Source: Macrostomum lignano (taxonomy: Eukaryota). From it: a stretch of 64,000 bases of DNA. The stretch covers positions 621,281 to 685,280 of the forward strand of contig NIVC01000309.1 of the NCBI GenBank assembly GCA_002269645.1. Direction: 5' to 3'. Below the pieces are notes generated by a model. That model was not told the DNA's origin. It made no database searches and was given only the letters and a program-made list of their open reading frames with translations. The position numbers and the translations under genes were made by a program. This document shows, in pieces, positions 26,836-49,759 of the stretch; position 1 is the stretch's first letter; every line of letters starts with the position of its first letter.

Positions 26836-29800
26836 GAAGTTAAAGTTAAAGATCTACTTAAAAATGTAGAAAACAAAACATTACTACGTATAAATTTAGC
26901 TAGAACAATCACCATATAGTTAATTTTAAGAGTTTTACTTCCATGGTCTACATAGTCATATTCTTGATGAAAAATTAAGACTATTTCTAATCATATTAAA
27001 GAGCATGGCATACTGATATCTTTATCTAGGTGTTTTGTGTCATAGTTATGCTAGGGGATAAAAGAATTTTTGCCATAATAAAAAAGACTATTATTCTATT
27101 TGGAATAAAAGGTTTTTTAAAATAATAAAATATATTGTTAATGAAATAAAAGACAATTTTGGTAGAAATCTATCAAGTCATATTTTATTTTATTTTATTT
27201 TTTGTAGTTTTGTTCAATGGAAAAATTTTACTTTTAGATGTTCTAGAAGATGTGAAATATACATGATAAAGATGACCAATTTTTATATATAAAGTTGAAC
27301 TTAATTAAATTAGAAAAACATGTCAAATAGTTGGCCCTTTATGCTACTTAATTTAAAAAGAAGTTATCAAATAAAAACAAGTAATAATAGCAACATAAAA
27401 TTATTTTGTGAAAACTTTTCTTTGTTTAAATAGTTTTTGTAGACAGTTATTAAAAACATTTTACATATAATATATGTATATTCAATATAAAATTTATATA
27501 TAAATGGGAATGCTAAAAACCTAGTAGCATTAAGTACAATATATATTTTTTAATCATTTCAAGCTGTTATCTTAGGCTCTATATACTTCTGAAATAAGCT
27601 TAAATATATTTTGGTATTTATAGAGACCTAGAACAGGCCATACTAATATTAATAATAAAGATCTAACATTGGATCCTAATGCTAATGTATTATGTATCTA
27701 GAATTAGTTTAGGCCTACCTATTGTTACTCAAATAGTTTCATTTTGATTCTACACCAGCGAGTGTGAGTCAGCGACCAGCTTAAGTCAACAATACTAAGT
27801 AGAGACATGCCTGAATAAAAATTTGTAATTCTTTAGCAATTCTTTTAGGAAAATAAATCGTGTAAAATTATATACAGTGTAACTGAAATTGTGAAATTTC
27901 AACAAGGAAAATGTTGCTAAAAATGAAGGAAACTCTCAGTTATTTTAGAGTCTCTCCAAGTTAATCATTAAGTAGCAAATTATGAAACAACAGAATTTAT
28001 TTCTAGGCGCGACATAACAATAATATTATATAATTTTATCATTTATTGAGAGATAGTTACACGATGAACAAGGTCATTTCAGCAAAAGCGCTCATGCACT
28101 TTTTTTTAAGTCCCTAAGTTAAAATTTGCTAACTGTAACTTGTGTCAAAAAGAAAAAACGTTTCTGTTTAACAATATAATCTGTGTATATTTATATTACT
28201 TATTGACAAACTAAAAGTTTACCTTAATCATATATTAACTATATTCATTGGATATTTTGTTTACAATCAAATATTTTTCGGATTCAGGCTTGTCAAGTTA
28301 TCGCGGCATGCAATCGAAACAGTCACTCATATCTTTATCTTTTATAGTTAAATCTGCAGGAATATATAATCCCCATATTTTTTCATAAAAATTTAGATTA
28401 AAACTGAAAATCAAGCAGAAAAACGAGCAAACACATCTGGTGAATTAACATCTATACATGTGCCCCAGAAATAAAAAAATCTTATTTTTTTTACTTTCTG
28501 TAGTTTTTTTTCAAAAGTATACGCTAGCTGCGCTGTTGCTACAGCTTAAAATAGATTTTGCATCAGTGACACTCACAACGCTTAGCTTTATATCTTTAAC
28601 AACTTTGTAGGCCTGTATATGGTATACTATAACTAAAAAATCAAAATTGTTACATGTACATGTATAAACCATGTAGAGACTCCCTCCAATGAGTATGAGC
28701 CCTGATAAGCTGTTAGTGTTGAATAAAAATCACTATAATGGCTTGCTTAAGTTTCCTTAATTCAGATCAGCAAATGTGTACATGTACATGTAAATGTGTA
28801 CTTTTGCGCGTACATATGTGACAAAATTTTGTCTGCATGGACTTGTCGATCACGATCGTGCCTGAGCGTAACGTACACATTACGATTATGCGTATTTTAA
28901 ATTCTGCCGAATCCTAGCTGTGAGTAAAGAGCAGGGCCATTAAGCAATAAAGTTCAAAGAGTTAAGATTCAGAGTGATTTAAGGCTATCTGAGTGAGAAA
29001 CTGCATGTACATATGCAGGGCTGCATATTTTGTTGTTGTTGACATGAAAAGCGAGAGCAACGCATGTAGCTCATACTGTACATGTGAGATTCTACTTCAT
29101 CTTTTCCATACCGCACGACTCCAGAGTCTCCAGAGTATTTGAAAAAGTTGTCTAGAATCAAAGAAAGCCAATTAGCAGTTTGATATAGTAACTACGAATT
29201 CCGATTTTCAGTTTATAGTTCCGGAATGTACTATTTTTAACTAAATATAAAAACTTTTGCTCTCTTTTGCTAGAGTCGTTTTTTACTAGACTTCTGTAGG
29301 GTTTTACAGTACAAAGGTACAAAAGTATATGTTTTTTAAATACAGTAATAATGGAATTTATGGTATGATTGGCTGTATTTATTCAACATAAACTCATTTA
29401 TAATTTATCGGCCTGAAAACGAAGACTAAGTAAGACGAAGTTACCTACGTTTTGTCTTGTACGTGTATTTTATAGCTCATGCTCTTAAACTATTGCTTCT
29501 GAATGTTACAACTGAAAAATAATGCAACCATACAGTTAAAATGACAGACTGAATTAATTGTCACCAATGATAGTATGGTACTAATGAGTTTCACTTCAAA
29601 CTTCGCATTTCAACTTGTTATACAACCACCAATGACATAATGATAAATATGTAATTTAAAGTATACAGTGATTCAAAAACATAAGTGGCATAATAATACA
29701 GCCGGTTTCTCACTGATATTTTGAAATCTCAAGCTACAGAGGTATAGATGCTCGTAAATTATCCCGATACTAATATAGTTCTTTTAGGTTTTAAAGTAAA

Positions 29801-30334
29801 AAACAAAGGCCTAATTTCTTTACTTGTTTACAACATCGTAATACAGACAAATTATACGTATTAACTGCTTTACATATGTGCATTTAAAAGCTAATAAATA
29901 ATTAGGAATTTTAGCTACAATTAGTCTAGTTTTCTAGTTGAACTAGAAAAGTTCTTCAAAGAAAGATTCTTCTTGAAAGAAATAAACTGATAAAATTTAA
30001 TATTGCAATATGTTATAAAGGAAACTGATTGAATGGCTTTAAAAACATCTATTTTAGTGAGAATAATGTTTCAAAAATTAAAATTTAATGAAGCAATAAT
30101 TGCCTAGTAAGAGCATTCTAATAGCTCTTCAATAATTCTTAGTGGGTGGTTTTTATTTAGATGAATTATTGCAATGCTTTAATGAGGATTTTATCTTTTT
30201 TTCAATGAATTCAGCTTAACAAATAAGTAATATTTAATTGGAATTTAAGCTTACAATCGCAAATCAACTTTTCTGTCATATTAATCAATAAGTAAACCGA
30301 AACTTGACAAGTTGCAATCTGCAGTCAGGCCCTG

Positions 30335-33300
30335 ATGGACTCGGACCATGTGCCAATCAAGCGGACCAGGACTCGCTCGTCTGAGCAGAGCGGATTGCTC
30401 GATCGATCGCTGGTGCTCAAATGGCCGAAAGAGGAGCTGCAGGACAGGTTCCTGACCCTCTATCACGAGCATAGCCAGCTGAAGGAGAAAATGCGGGAAC
30501 AGGAGGATGCGCTCAAGAACTCGAAGCTGGTGCAGACAAAAACGCAAGAAAAGGTGAGCCACGGAAAAGAGTAAAAACCGTTTGTACTTTTTTCGTCTCA
30601 AGTCGAGGTGCCCATGGGCGAAATAAGCAAAAAAATTAACAGACATTATTCTTTTTTATTATTATGAAAATAACCCAGCCTTAAGTAAAAATCTCTGTCT
30701 GTATCAACTTTATGGAGAATTGAATTTGAATATATAGAAATTATAATGATACACTGACTGGTATAGCTCAGCGTCCACTTTACTTTATTATCTGCCAACT
30801 CAGCACAATCATTATTTGTCATCCTTATTGTTCATCGTCTCTACTCTTCATCTTCCCTATCCTTCATCATCCCTATCCTTCATCATCCCTATCCTTCATC
30901 ATCCCTATCCTTCAACATCCCTATCCTTCATCATCCCTATCCTTCATCATCCCTATCCTTCATCATCCCTATCCTTCATCATCCCTATCCTTCATCATCC
31001 CTATCCTTCATCATCCCTATCCTTCATCATCCCTATCCTTCATCATCCCTATCCTTCATCATCCCTATCCTTCATCATCCCTATCCTTCATCATCCCTAT
31101 CCTTCATCATCCCTATCCTTCATCATCCCTATCCTTCATCATCCCTATCCTTCATCATCCCTATCCTTCATCATCCCTATCCTTCATCATCCCTATCCTT
31201 CATCATCCCTATTATTCATCGTCATCAACTCAGCATCCCTTGTTTTTCATCAATTCGCCAAGTCATTCGTCATCATTGTTCTCAACTCAACCTTGCCCAT
31301 CCAGCTGCGCCAACTGCAGTCCCGGATGGGCGCCTCGCAAGCTGAGATTCGCGCCACAGACCAAGTTGTGAAGCTGGAGATGAGGCTGGTTGAGCTGGAG
31401 AAGCAGAACGCACAGCTGCATGGCCGGATGGCGCTGAAAAATGCGCAGGCCGGGTCGGCCGCTGGCGGCGGGTCGCCGAAACGGCGCGGCGGCTATCGTG
31501 GCGGGAGCTCGAGCTCGCGACTGCAAAACCGAGGCCTGTCGTCCAGTTTTGGAGGCGGCGTGGGCAGCGGCGGCGGTAACTCTGAGGAGCTGCAGCGGCT
31601 TCGGCAAGAGGTGGAGTCGCTAAAGGAGCAGCTGAACCTGAAGGACATGGAGTTGAAGAGCGCTGCTAAGGTTCGTAATAATACACTACCCATACTATTG
31701 ATAGTAGTAATGTTACTACGAGGCGTAATATCAATACTTCCTTCTTTCCAAGATTATGCACTCAGAGGCAGTACTTGCTACTGTCAGTAGTATTAGCGCA
31801 CTTAGATAATTTATTACTACTGATAGTAGCAGTGTTACTTATGTTTTAATACTACTGATAGTGGCAAACGTACTTATATTTTAATACTACTGATAGTAGC
31901 AAACTTACTTTATTTTAATACTACTGATAGTAGCAAACTTACTTTATTTTAATACTACTGATAGTGGCAAACTTACTTATATTTTAATATTTAATATTTT
32001 AATAGTGCTGATAATAGCAAACTTACTTATATTTTAATACTACTGATAGTAGCAAACTTACTTTATTTTAATACTACTGATAGTGGCAAACTTACTTATA
32101 TTTTAATACTACTGATAATAGCAAACTTACTTATATTTTAATACTACTGATAGTAGCAAACTTACTTTATTTTAATACTACTGATAGTAGCAAACTTGCC
32201 TATATTTTAATACTACTGATAGTAGCAGTCTTACTTATATTTTAATACTACTGATAGTAGCAGTCTTACTTATATTTTAATACTACTGATAGTAGCAAAC
32301 TTGCCTTTATTTTAATACTACTGATAGTAGCAGTCTTACTTATATTTTAATACTACTGATAGTAGCAAACTTGCTTATATTTTTATACTACTGATAGTAG
32401 CAGTCTTACTTCTGTTTCAATACTCTTGAAATCTTCACAACGCTCCGCGTATCCAGGACGCCAACTCGGAGCGAGAGACGGCCCGCATTCAGGCGGGCGG
32501 CTCCCAGCTGATGTCGATGCAGGAGGATCTCGAGAGAGTGCGGATGCAGCGCCAGCTACGCGAGAAGACCGCCATGGTTGATCAGCTGCAGTTGCGCTGC
32601 GACACTCTCGAGGAGCGAATCCGGGACCTTCAGTCGGCCAACTCCGCCCTGATGCAGAGCTCCGAGCAGTCAAGACTCAGCGCCCGGCTTCGAGACGAAG
32701 AGGCGGCGGTCTCAGCTGGCAGCGAGGCCGTGAGTCAGGCTACTCAGAAGCGGCTGCTGCAGATGGAGCTGGCTCTGGAGGATGCGAGGGCCGAAGCTCA
32801 GATTCTGAGGGAGTCCAATGAGAAACTCATCGCCAGGTGAGGATTCCATTCTTCATCATCCCTAGCTCAGCATCCCCTTTTATTCTTCATCCCCAATCTC
32901 AGCATCCTCTATTCTTCATCATCCTGAACTCAGCATCTCTTATTCTTCATCATCCCTAGCTCAGCATCTCTTATTCTTCATCATCCCTAGCTCAGCATCT
33001 CTTATTCTTCATCATTCCTAGCTCAGCATTTCTTATTCTTCATCATCCCTAAACTCAGCATCCTTCATTCCTCACTATCTCTAATTCGTCACGTCATCTT
33101 TTACTCTTCATCATTATCAGCTCAGAATCTCTTATTCTTCATTATAAAAGTCCATCCAGCCTCTCCATTCCTCACCATCTTCAGCACTGCATCCCTGTTC
33201 TTTATTTCTATCGTTAGCACCTGACCTTATCTTTGCAAAAGCTTTAATTTTACCGTAATATCTTCCGCCATTTATCCCAAAAAATAATCTCATAATTTTG

Positions 33301-35134
33301 CAGCGCATTCGACACGCAGAAGGAGCGGCAGTGGCGCATCCGTGAGATGGCCCTGATGACGCAGATTCGTCAGTTGGAAGCTGGCAAAGACAGCGCAGCC
33401 TCAACGACCCGCGAGAACTCTTCTCCAGGTCATAAAACTGATCAAAACAATGCCGGAACAGGGCCCGGAAGCGACTCGGATCTGGAAATGGAGTTGAACA
33501 CGCTGAGAGTTCGGTACTATGACCTGCAGCTGAAGAATGAGGCCATGGCGGAGAGGCTAGCGGCCCTGGACTATCGGGTGAGAGAACCAGGGAGCTCTAG
33601 GTTGGGAAGATTGAATATTGGGGATGGTTGAGAAATCTTTCTTTTCGTAGCTAAAATTAGATTGGTTCTGGACTACGGATGGCTTACCTGGTGCTGGCTT
33701 ACCTGGTGCTGGCCTACCTGGTGCTGGCCTACCTGGTGCTGGCCTACCTGGTGCTGGCCTACCTGGTGCTGGCTTACCTGGTGCTGGCCTACCTGGTGCT
33801 GGCCTACCTGGTGCTGGCTTACCTGGTGCTGGCCTACCTGGTGCTGGCCTACCTGGTGCTGGCCTACCTGGTGCTGGCCTACCTGGTGCTGGCCTACCTG
33901 GTGCTGGCCTACCTGGTGCTGGCGCCCCTGGTGCTGGCCTACCTGGTGCTGGCGCCCAAATTCAAATGAAATGGCGCTACCTTCAAATGAAATGGCACCA
34001 CATTCAAATCAAATGGCGCTACCTTCTGATGAAATGGCGCCACCTTCGAATGAAATGGGGCGCTACCTTCTAATGAAATGGCGCTACCTTCAAATCAAAT
34101 GGCGCCTCCAAATCGATGCAGCCCCCTACTGAAAAATCTTGGCAAGCGATGGCACACCAACTGCCCTACTGACAGTAGCATGCATAGACTCAGCTGCCAC
34201 TGACCATTCCAGAAGCGGGGCATCTCAGACAACGATTTTCACGCCGCTCTGTCGCTGGTCCGGCGTCAACAGGAGTCGGCCGAGCTCCAGCCGAGCGACC
34301 TGATCTTCCTGAAGCGGTCGACGCCACTGCTGAACGACTCAGCGGGAACCGGCGCCGACAGCCAGGCCCAGCGCCGGATCCTCGAACTGGAGGTCGCCCA
34401 CGCCGACGCTGTGGCTGAGCTGGACAAGGCGCGCGAGTTGCTGAAGGCCCAGCAGCTGCTGTCAGCCGACACCAAGGCCGGGGCCAGCCTCACCGAGTTC
34501 CGCCTGCAGGAGGTGCGCGACGAATACGAAACTCGAATTGGGGAGCTCAACCGGCTGCTGGAGATTCGGTCTGCTCGAGTTCGACAGCTTGAAGAGCAGC
34601 TGGCCAGCCGCGCCTACAGCAGCGTCGGCGCCAAAGTGGCGCCTACTCAGCTGAAAATGGCGCTAGAGGAGGCTGAGGCGGAGGCTGAGGCGCCGGTGAT
34701 GCCGAGGAAGCAGCGCCAGGCCATGGAGGCGCCACCGCCGAAGGCGCCGTCACCGCCACCTGCCAAGGCCAGCCCTGCCGGCTCTGTGGTTGAGGAGGCC
34801 TGCGTTGAGGTGGGGATCTTTTAGACCGGTTTTCATTTTGGGAATTGATTAGAATTTTCCTGTGCTAGTCGAATTGCTCTTTTGTTATTTGTTCTGCTTT
34901 TGATTTCTGACAAGAAGCATTAGGGCTCTTAAATTGTTTCTAGGATTAAATGTTTCAGATTTTTATTCATTTTGCATACAGCAGCAATCACTCAGTGTAT
35001 TGATAAATCACCTAATCAATTAAATGATTAATAAATCAATAGAACAATTTATCGATTGACAAATCAATCGCCAAGTTCATCAGTCCAACCACCCGACCGA
35101 ACAATCAATCAATCAATCAATCTATCACCCTGTT

Positions 35135-35175
<41 letters not shown>

Positions 35176-35261
35176 GTCATTCAATCAATCACTTAATAAA
35201 TCAAATCAATAAAGCAATCAATCAATCAATTAATCAATCAATCAATTAATCAATCAATCCG

Positions 35262-35338
<77 letters not shown>

Positions 35339-35939
35339 CAATCAATCAATCAATCATTCAATCATTCAATCATTCAATCATTCAATCAATCAATCATTCA
35401 ATCATTCAATCAATCAATCATTCAATCTTTCAATCAATCATTCAATCAATCAATCATTCAATCATTCAATCAATCAATCATTCAATCAATCATTCAATCA
35501 ATCAATCATTAAATCAATCATTCAATCAATCAATCATTCAATCATTCAATCAATCAATCATTCAATCAATCATTCAATCAATCAATCATTAAATCAATCA
35601 TTCAATGAATCAATCATTCAATCATTCAATCAATCAATCATTCAATCAATTAATCATTAAATCAATCATTCAATCATTCAATCAATCATTCAATCAATCA
35701 TTCAATCATTCAATCATTCAATCAATCATTCAATCAATCATTCAATCAATCATTCAATCATTCAATCAATCATTCGATCAATCAATCATTCAATCAATCA
35801 ATCATTAAATCAATCATTCAATCAATCAATCATTCAATCATTCAATCAATCAATCATTCAATCAATCAATCAATCATTCAATCAATTAATCAATCATTCA
35901 ATCAATCATTCAATCAATCAATCATTCAATCAATCAATC

Positions 35940-35986
<47 letters not shown>

Positions 35987-38900
35987 CAATCAATCATTCA
36001 ATCAATCAATCAATCATTCAATCAATCATTCAATCATTCAATCAATTAATCAATCATTCAATCAATCATTCAATCAATCAATCATTCAATCAATCAATCA
36101 ATCATTCAATCAATCAATCAATCATTCAATCAATCAATCATTCAATCAATCAATCATTCAATCAATCAATCATTCAATCATTCAATCAATCATTCAATCA
36201 ATCAATCATTCAATCAATCAATCATTCATTCAATCAATCAATCATTCAATCAATCAATCAATCATTCAATCAATCAATCAATCATTCAATCAATCAATCG
36301 CTCCCAGCAAATCCAAGGCGTTGCCGAGTCCGCCTACCGCGAGAAGCGCAGCGCTAGCCAGGAGCGGCCGAGCTCCGCCCAGGTTGTCAGTTCGATGGCC
36401 GCCCGTCTGGACGCCCCGCCAGACCGCTCGCTGGCGGACTTGGAGGCTTCGCAGAGCAGCGACAACGAGAGCGTGCACAGCGTGGTGGTGAGGCACAGAT
36501 CCGGGATCCATAAAGCCCAGCAACAGAGGCAGCTTAACCATGGCCTAACCCCGCCTGCATGATTGAATCATTTAAAAATCATGGATTGCTAATTTACACA
36601 CTGACTTGCAATTTGATTCAATCTATAACATCGTTATAACTACTCAAATTTTAACAATCAAACGTTGCTTGAATTTTGCTCAATCTGCTAACTATTATAA
36701 CAAATACAGCATTCTTTTCTTCTGCTGATGACTCATCTGCACTCTCCGCCCGCCCCTCATCGCAGCCGGAGCCAATCAAAGTGAAGCCTCGCGAGTCCGG
36801 CATCCCTCTGTACACCAAGGACAGCATCAAACTGGTGGTGGACACCAAGCTGAGGGATCTGAGCGCTGGCGGCGCGCGGAATGGCGGTTGGTCCGATTTT
36901 TACTGCGATCCCGGCATTCACACATACTCTCCCAGAATTCACACAAATCTGCTCCTGCCATTCACACAAATCTGCTCCCGACATTCACACAAATATGTTC
37001 CCTGTATTTACACAAATATTCTCCTGGCAATCACACAATTATTCTCCCGGCATTCACACAAATATTTTTCTCGCATTCACACAAATATTTTCTCGGCATT
37101 CACACAAATATTCGGCCTGCATTCACACAAATATTCTCCTGAAAGTCACACAATTATTCTCTCGGCATTCAAACAATTATTCTTCTGACAATCAAACAAA
37201 TATTCTCCTGGAATTTGTCTCCTGCTAAGGACTCTCACTTTTTTCCCGTGTACACGCAATCTTTACGACACAATTGCACAAACAATTAACACAAATTCTC
37301 ACATCCCATTAACACAATTTCACACAAACTATTAACACACAGTCACACAACCCATTAACACACATTCATACAAACCATTAACACGCATTCACACAACCCA
37401 TTAACACGCATTCACACAAACAAGTAACACACATTCACACAACCCATTAACACGCATTCACACAAACAAGTAACACAGTCACACAACCCATTAACCCAGA
37501 TTCACACAAACCATTAACACACATTCACACAACCCACTAACGCACATTCACACAACCCATTACCAAATTCACACAACCCGTTACCAAATTCACACAACCC
37601 GTTACCACATTCACACACTCACTTACCAGCATTCACCATCGCTCCCCAATTTTCAGAATCCTCCCTGCCGCCGCCGCCGCCATACGAGGACCCATGCTAC
37701 GGCAAGCCGCAGCAGCGGGGGCGAGACGACCAGCCCCAACCGGAGCCGCGAAAGAAGAAGCTGCAGCCGGATGATGAGGCCATTGTTAAGCCGCCAGTGG
37801 AGCAGCAGATGACGAAGCTGACAGCGGCCACAGTTGCCGCTGAGTCGACGGCGGTAGCGTCGACAACAGCCGAAGTCGACAAAGAAGAAGCCGACGTCGA
37901 AGATCGGAGGACCGAGGACGGCGACGGTGACGGTGGCGAAGAGGTGGCTACCGAGTCCGACGCGGACTCCGCCGTGGTCGTTGTGGTGGACAAGCCGTCG
38001 ACGAAGCTTCGGCTGCAGACAGCGCCCGCGGCTCCTGCAATCGTAAGCCAGTGCTACGTGCAGGTGCTCGAGCTCTACCTGGATCCTAACTCTGACTCTC
38101 TGGCTAACGACGATCTGGACGAGACCGCCTGCTTCGTGGCCTTCAGCCTGCCCGGCTACGACTGCGAGGACACGGAGACGCCGTTGTCCATCAAGACGCC
38201 AAGGCCGGGCGCTTCTAGGGACGCCGAGTTCACGCTGCGGTACAACTTCAAGAGGGTAAGCGCGACAGTTTTTTGGGCTTGGGTGCAGGTGAGAAGGGGC
38301 TGGATGCAGGCGATAAGGGGCTGGGTGCAGGTGATAAGGGGCTGGGTGCAGGTGATAAGGGGCTTGGTGCAGGTGATAACAAGCGGATGCAGATAACAAG
38401 TGGGTACACGTGATAATGAGTGAGTGCAGGTGATAAAACGTGGGTGCAGGTGATAACGAATGAGTTTAAGTGATAACAAGCGGATCCAGATAACAAGTGG
38501 GTACAGGTGATAACGAGTTGCAGGTGAAAAAACGTTGGTGCAGGTGATAACAAGTGAGAGTACATGTTGTAGTAACAATTGGGTGCCGTTGATAAGGGGA
38601 AAATACATATACCAATTCTAAAATGTATACAAAACGCAACAAACAGACCTACGACTACAACTTCGACAAAAACTACGATAAGCGACGCCAGCTGGCCTCA
38701 GTTATGCTGCTTGGCGATCAGTCCGCCTTAGAGTTCAGCGTCGTCTGCGAGGCGCTGGACGGGAGCGACTTTTTCTTCGATTTGGCCAAGGCCCAGCTGC
38801 CTCTGGATAAATTTAATGACAGTCGGAGGCCCGCTGAAGAGACTCTCAACGGTAAGAGTGTATAATAGTGCATGAGTCAGTGTGCATAAGGGAAGATTAG

Positions 38901-39314
38901 TCACTGATGTACGTTATGAGATGAATCATAAACTGTACATTTATCAATGAGTCATTCATGCATGATATTTTGGAGCTGGATGAGTCATCAATGTACGCTT
39001 GGCTAAGAGCCGATCAGCTCTATGAAAATTCAAGCACTAACCTAAATCTAAACTCTAACCTTAGATAAACCCTAATCCTACACTAGAGACCTTAACCCTA
39101 ACCTACAAGTCAACAGCATTAAAAAGATCGATATGTGTAGTAGCTATACGTTCGTACATGCAGTCTATGAATTGACGCGATAAATCAAAATTGTTTTATT
39201 TCAGTGGTATCGAACGGTCAGATAATTGGAACGCTCAAAGTGGCAACCGATTTGCCGAATCTGTTGCGAGCTGTCAACAAAGAGCTGCCGCCATCTGTCA
39301 AGCGCAGAGGCTAA
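30335..39314 (+). CDS. RPGRIP1L: RPGRIP1L/MKS5/NPHP8-like ciliary transition-zone protein, 1016 aa
   Basis: Exons 30335-30553, 31305-31670, 32457-32836, 33304-33577, 34213-34809, 36308-36487, 36766-36886, 37657-38255, 38647-38851, 39205-39314 (3051 nt, all GT-AG, phases consistent). Matches: KEELQDRFLTLYHEH (cf. REELEDRFLRLHDEN); SAFDTQKERQWRIRE (cf. SAFSAAHEEQWKLKE); ELDKARELL..LLEIRSARVRQLEEQLASRAYS (cf. [31 protein letters not shown]); C-terminal RID-type C2 domain. Confidence 0.9.
30850..31225 (+). repeat. 16-bp intronic minisatellite (CATCATCCCTATCCTT)n
   Basis: RPGRIP1L intron 1. Confidence 0.95.
31790..32412 (+). repeat. 33-35-bp intronic minisatellite (TACTACTGATAGTAGCAAACTTACTTATATTTTAA)n
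   Basis: RPGRIP1L intron 2; each unit contains the palindrome CTACT-GAT-AGTAG. Confidence 0.95.
32845..33135 (+). repeat. 31-bp intronic minisatellite (TTATTCTTCATCATCCCTAGCTCAGCATCTC)n
   Basis: RPGRIP1L intron 3; unit starts at 32941 and 32972. Confidence 0.88.
33678..34110 (+). repeat. 15-bp (GGCCTACCTGGTGCT)n followed by 21-bp (TCAAATGAAATGGCGCTACCT)n
   Basis: RPGRIP1L intron 4. Confidence 0.93.
35100..36299 (+). repeat. (CAAT/CATT)n microsatellite
   Basis: RPGRIP1L intron 5; runs up to the acceptor at 36307. Confidence 0.97.
36910..37625 (+). repeat. About 23-bp degenerate minisatellites (ATTCACACAAATATTCTCCCGGC; CACACAACCCATTAACACGCATT)
   Basis: RPGRIP1L intron 7. Confidence 0.88.
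38275..38570 (+). repeat. About 21-bp degenerate minisatellite (GGGTGCAGGTGATAAGGGGCT)n
   Basis: RPGRIP1L intron 8. Confidence 0.85.
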
Positions 39315-40578
39315 ATCGCGGCTAAATGTTTGCCGTATAAAGATAATCTGAATTACATGTAAGTGGCTGTAGAGTGCAGTTTTTTTCAAACTCAGACGAA
39401 AAACTATATTTTACTTTTTAGGGTGCGTTCAAGCAGCTTAAATTACGAGCTTACTTAGCATATTTAAATTTACAATCTAACTTCTGTCAGTAAAACAAAT
39501 TTAATTCAGTTGCACCATTAAAACAAATTATGCATAATAACTTATAGTTTGCAAAAAGTTTTAATAAAAAGGTAGAAAAAATTTCCAACCTTAGTTAAAT
39601 GTATTTTACATAAAGGATGAACTTAATAATAGAGTAATGAGTTTAACTATCTTAAAGTGTATATTACGTAATCAAAACGTAAAAATTTGCGTAACATGTA
39701 CATTACGCAATATACAAACTTAATTATAAATCTGTATTCATAATTCATATAATATAATATTCTGTACTACTTACAATTAATATAATACTGTGTAGTAACT
39801 ACAAACAATTAAATTTTACGAACATTGATAAACTGTTGTTACCGGTTATCGTGCTTAACCGTAGTAAAAATGTTTTACTGATGCAAACATTAGATGTACC
39901 TTTTTAATCATTCTAAGCTCGTCTTAAGCTACTTAAACGCACCATTTATTTTGAGTTATTTTTTTATTTCTATGCATTGTGTCCGCGTATTTGACATTCA
40001 ATTTTTTATTTCAAAACTTTGCAGCGACTTTTGTACAATTATTTTAAGGGCGATTATTCTCAAAAAATTAAGAGATACAAATGCTCAAACAGTTTCTGCA
40101 CCTTCAGATTCTATCAAACTTGAAATGTTACTTTGGCTTTTACAGTGAGGAATATTTAGCAATGTCTGTGTCAAAAAAAACATATTTATGGTGCTCATTC
40201 AACTTCACTGTAAAATCTGTGATACTAAAAACTTTGTATTTTACCTGTTTGCAACATTTGTGTGCTTTAACAAACAACTTCCAACAACTCCCTTGACATT
40301 GGGACTAATTGCACCTAAATTATTTATAACTTATATTTAAGTCTGCACGAGAATTAGCTCCTGTAATTGATGCCGATTGTTGTTTTATTATAAGCAAAAT
40401 ATATGCGCAAATATACTACTAATTGTTTAAACTGTTTATACTATTAAAACAAACCTTTGACAGGATCAGAAAATTTAAATTGATTTGAAACAAATATTTG
40501 ATTTATTTTTATGTTTTATTTAAATTTGTATTGATACATAGTTAATTCTTTGAATGTGCACACACTGATTCATGAATA

Positions 40579-40794
40579 CACCTTTTCACGTTTAATTTTG
40601 ATCAAAGTCCAGTTCTAAAAAAACTAGCGGAAATTCAATTCAGACAATTTAGCCTGGGGCCCAGTCCAACCCCAGTTCAAAACATTCTAACCGAAGTAAG
40701 GTTTAGCCATAGACAAAATTATCCTCACTCTGAATTGAATTTCCGCTAGTTTTTTTATAACTGAACTTTGATCAAAATTGAACGTGAAAAGGTG
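40579..40794. mobile_element. Tc1/mariner-type MITE, about 66-bp TIRs, TA TSD
   Basis: TA|CACCTTTTCACGTT..TTCAATTCAGA ... TCTGAATTGAA..AACGTGAAAAGGTG|TA; 3 mismatches between arms; non-coding 216 bp. Confidence 0.88.
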
Positions 40795-41322
40795 TAATAC
40801 ATGTAGTCACGAATAGAATTGTACCTTATAAAAATGAATCGATTATGCAATCAAATTACGTAACACGTAAATAGCACTTACAATTTCGGATACTATGCAT
40901 ATACATGCAAAAAATAGGCTTTTAGAAAATCGTTCAGATAGGGAAAGATTAAATATACAATAACTATTTCACATTTAAAGCACGTGTAAACTTATACTGC
41001 TTTATAATAGCTATGCTGTAACTACTTTTACGTAATCATAAGCCACAGAAATAAAATCTGTTTAACTGATGGGAACATTGAATGAAGTATATGCTCAAAA
41101 AGTTTATGACGAGAAAGCTAATTTTTAAAACGCCGCAAGTAAGATTTTTTATTAAGCAATATGATTTGCAAGAAATTGAATAAGGTAAATTACTAGCAGT
41201 AGCACCTTGAATAGTAAAACGATTCTATAGCTCTCTGACGCTAAGACAAAAAGTTGGTTATGTTTTTAGGCAATTCAGATTTACATGTATATACTTTAAA
41301 TATATTAATCCACAATCTTTAT

Positions 41323-49759
<8,437 letters not shown>

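Noticed and set aside
26900-30300. Long AT-rich block (similar at 39.4-41.2 and 51.2-52.4 kb) as a possible large DNA transposon
   Set aside because: No ORF, TIR pair or diagnostic terminus that I could support.
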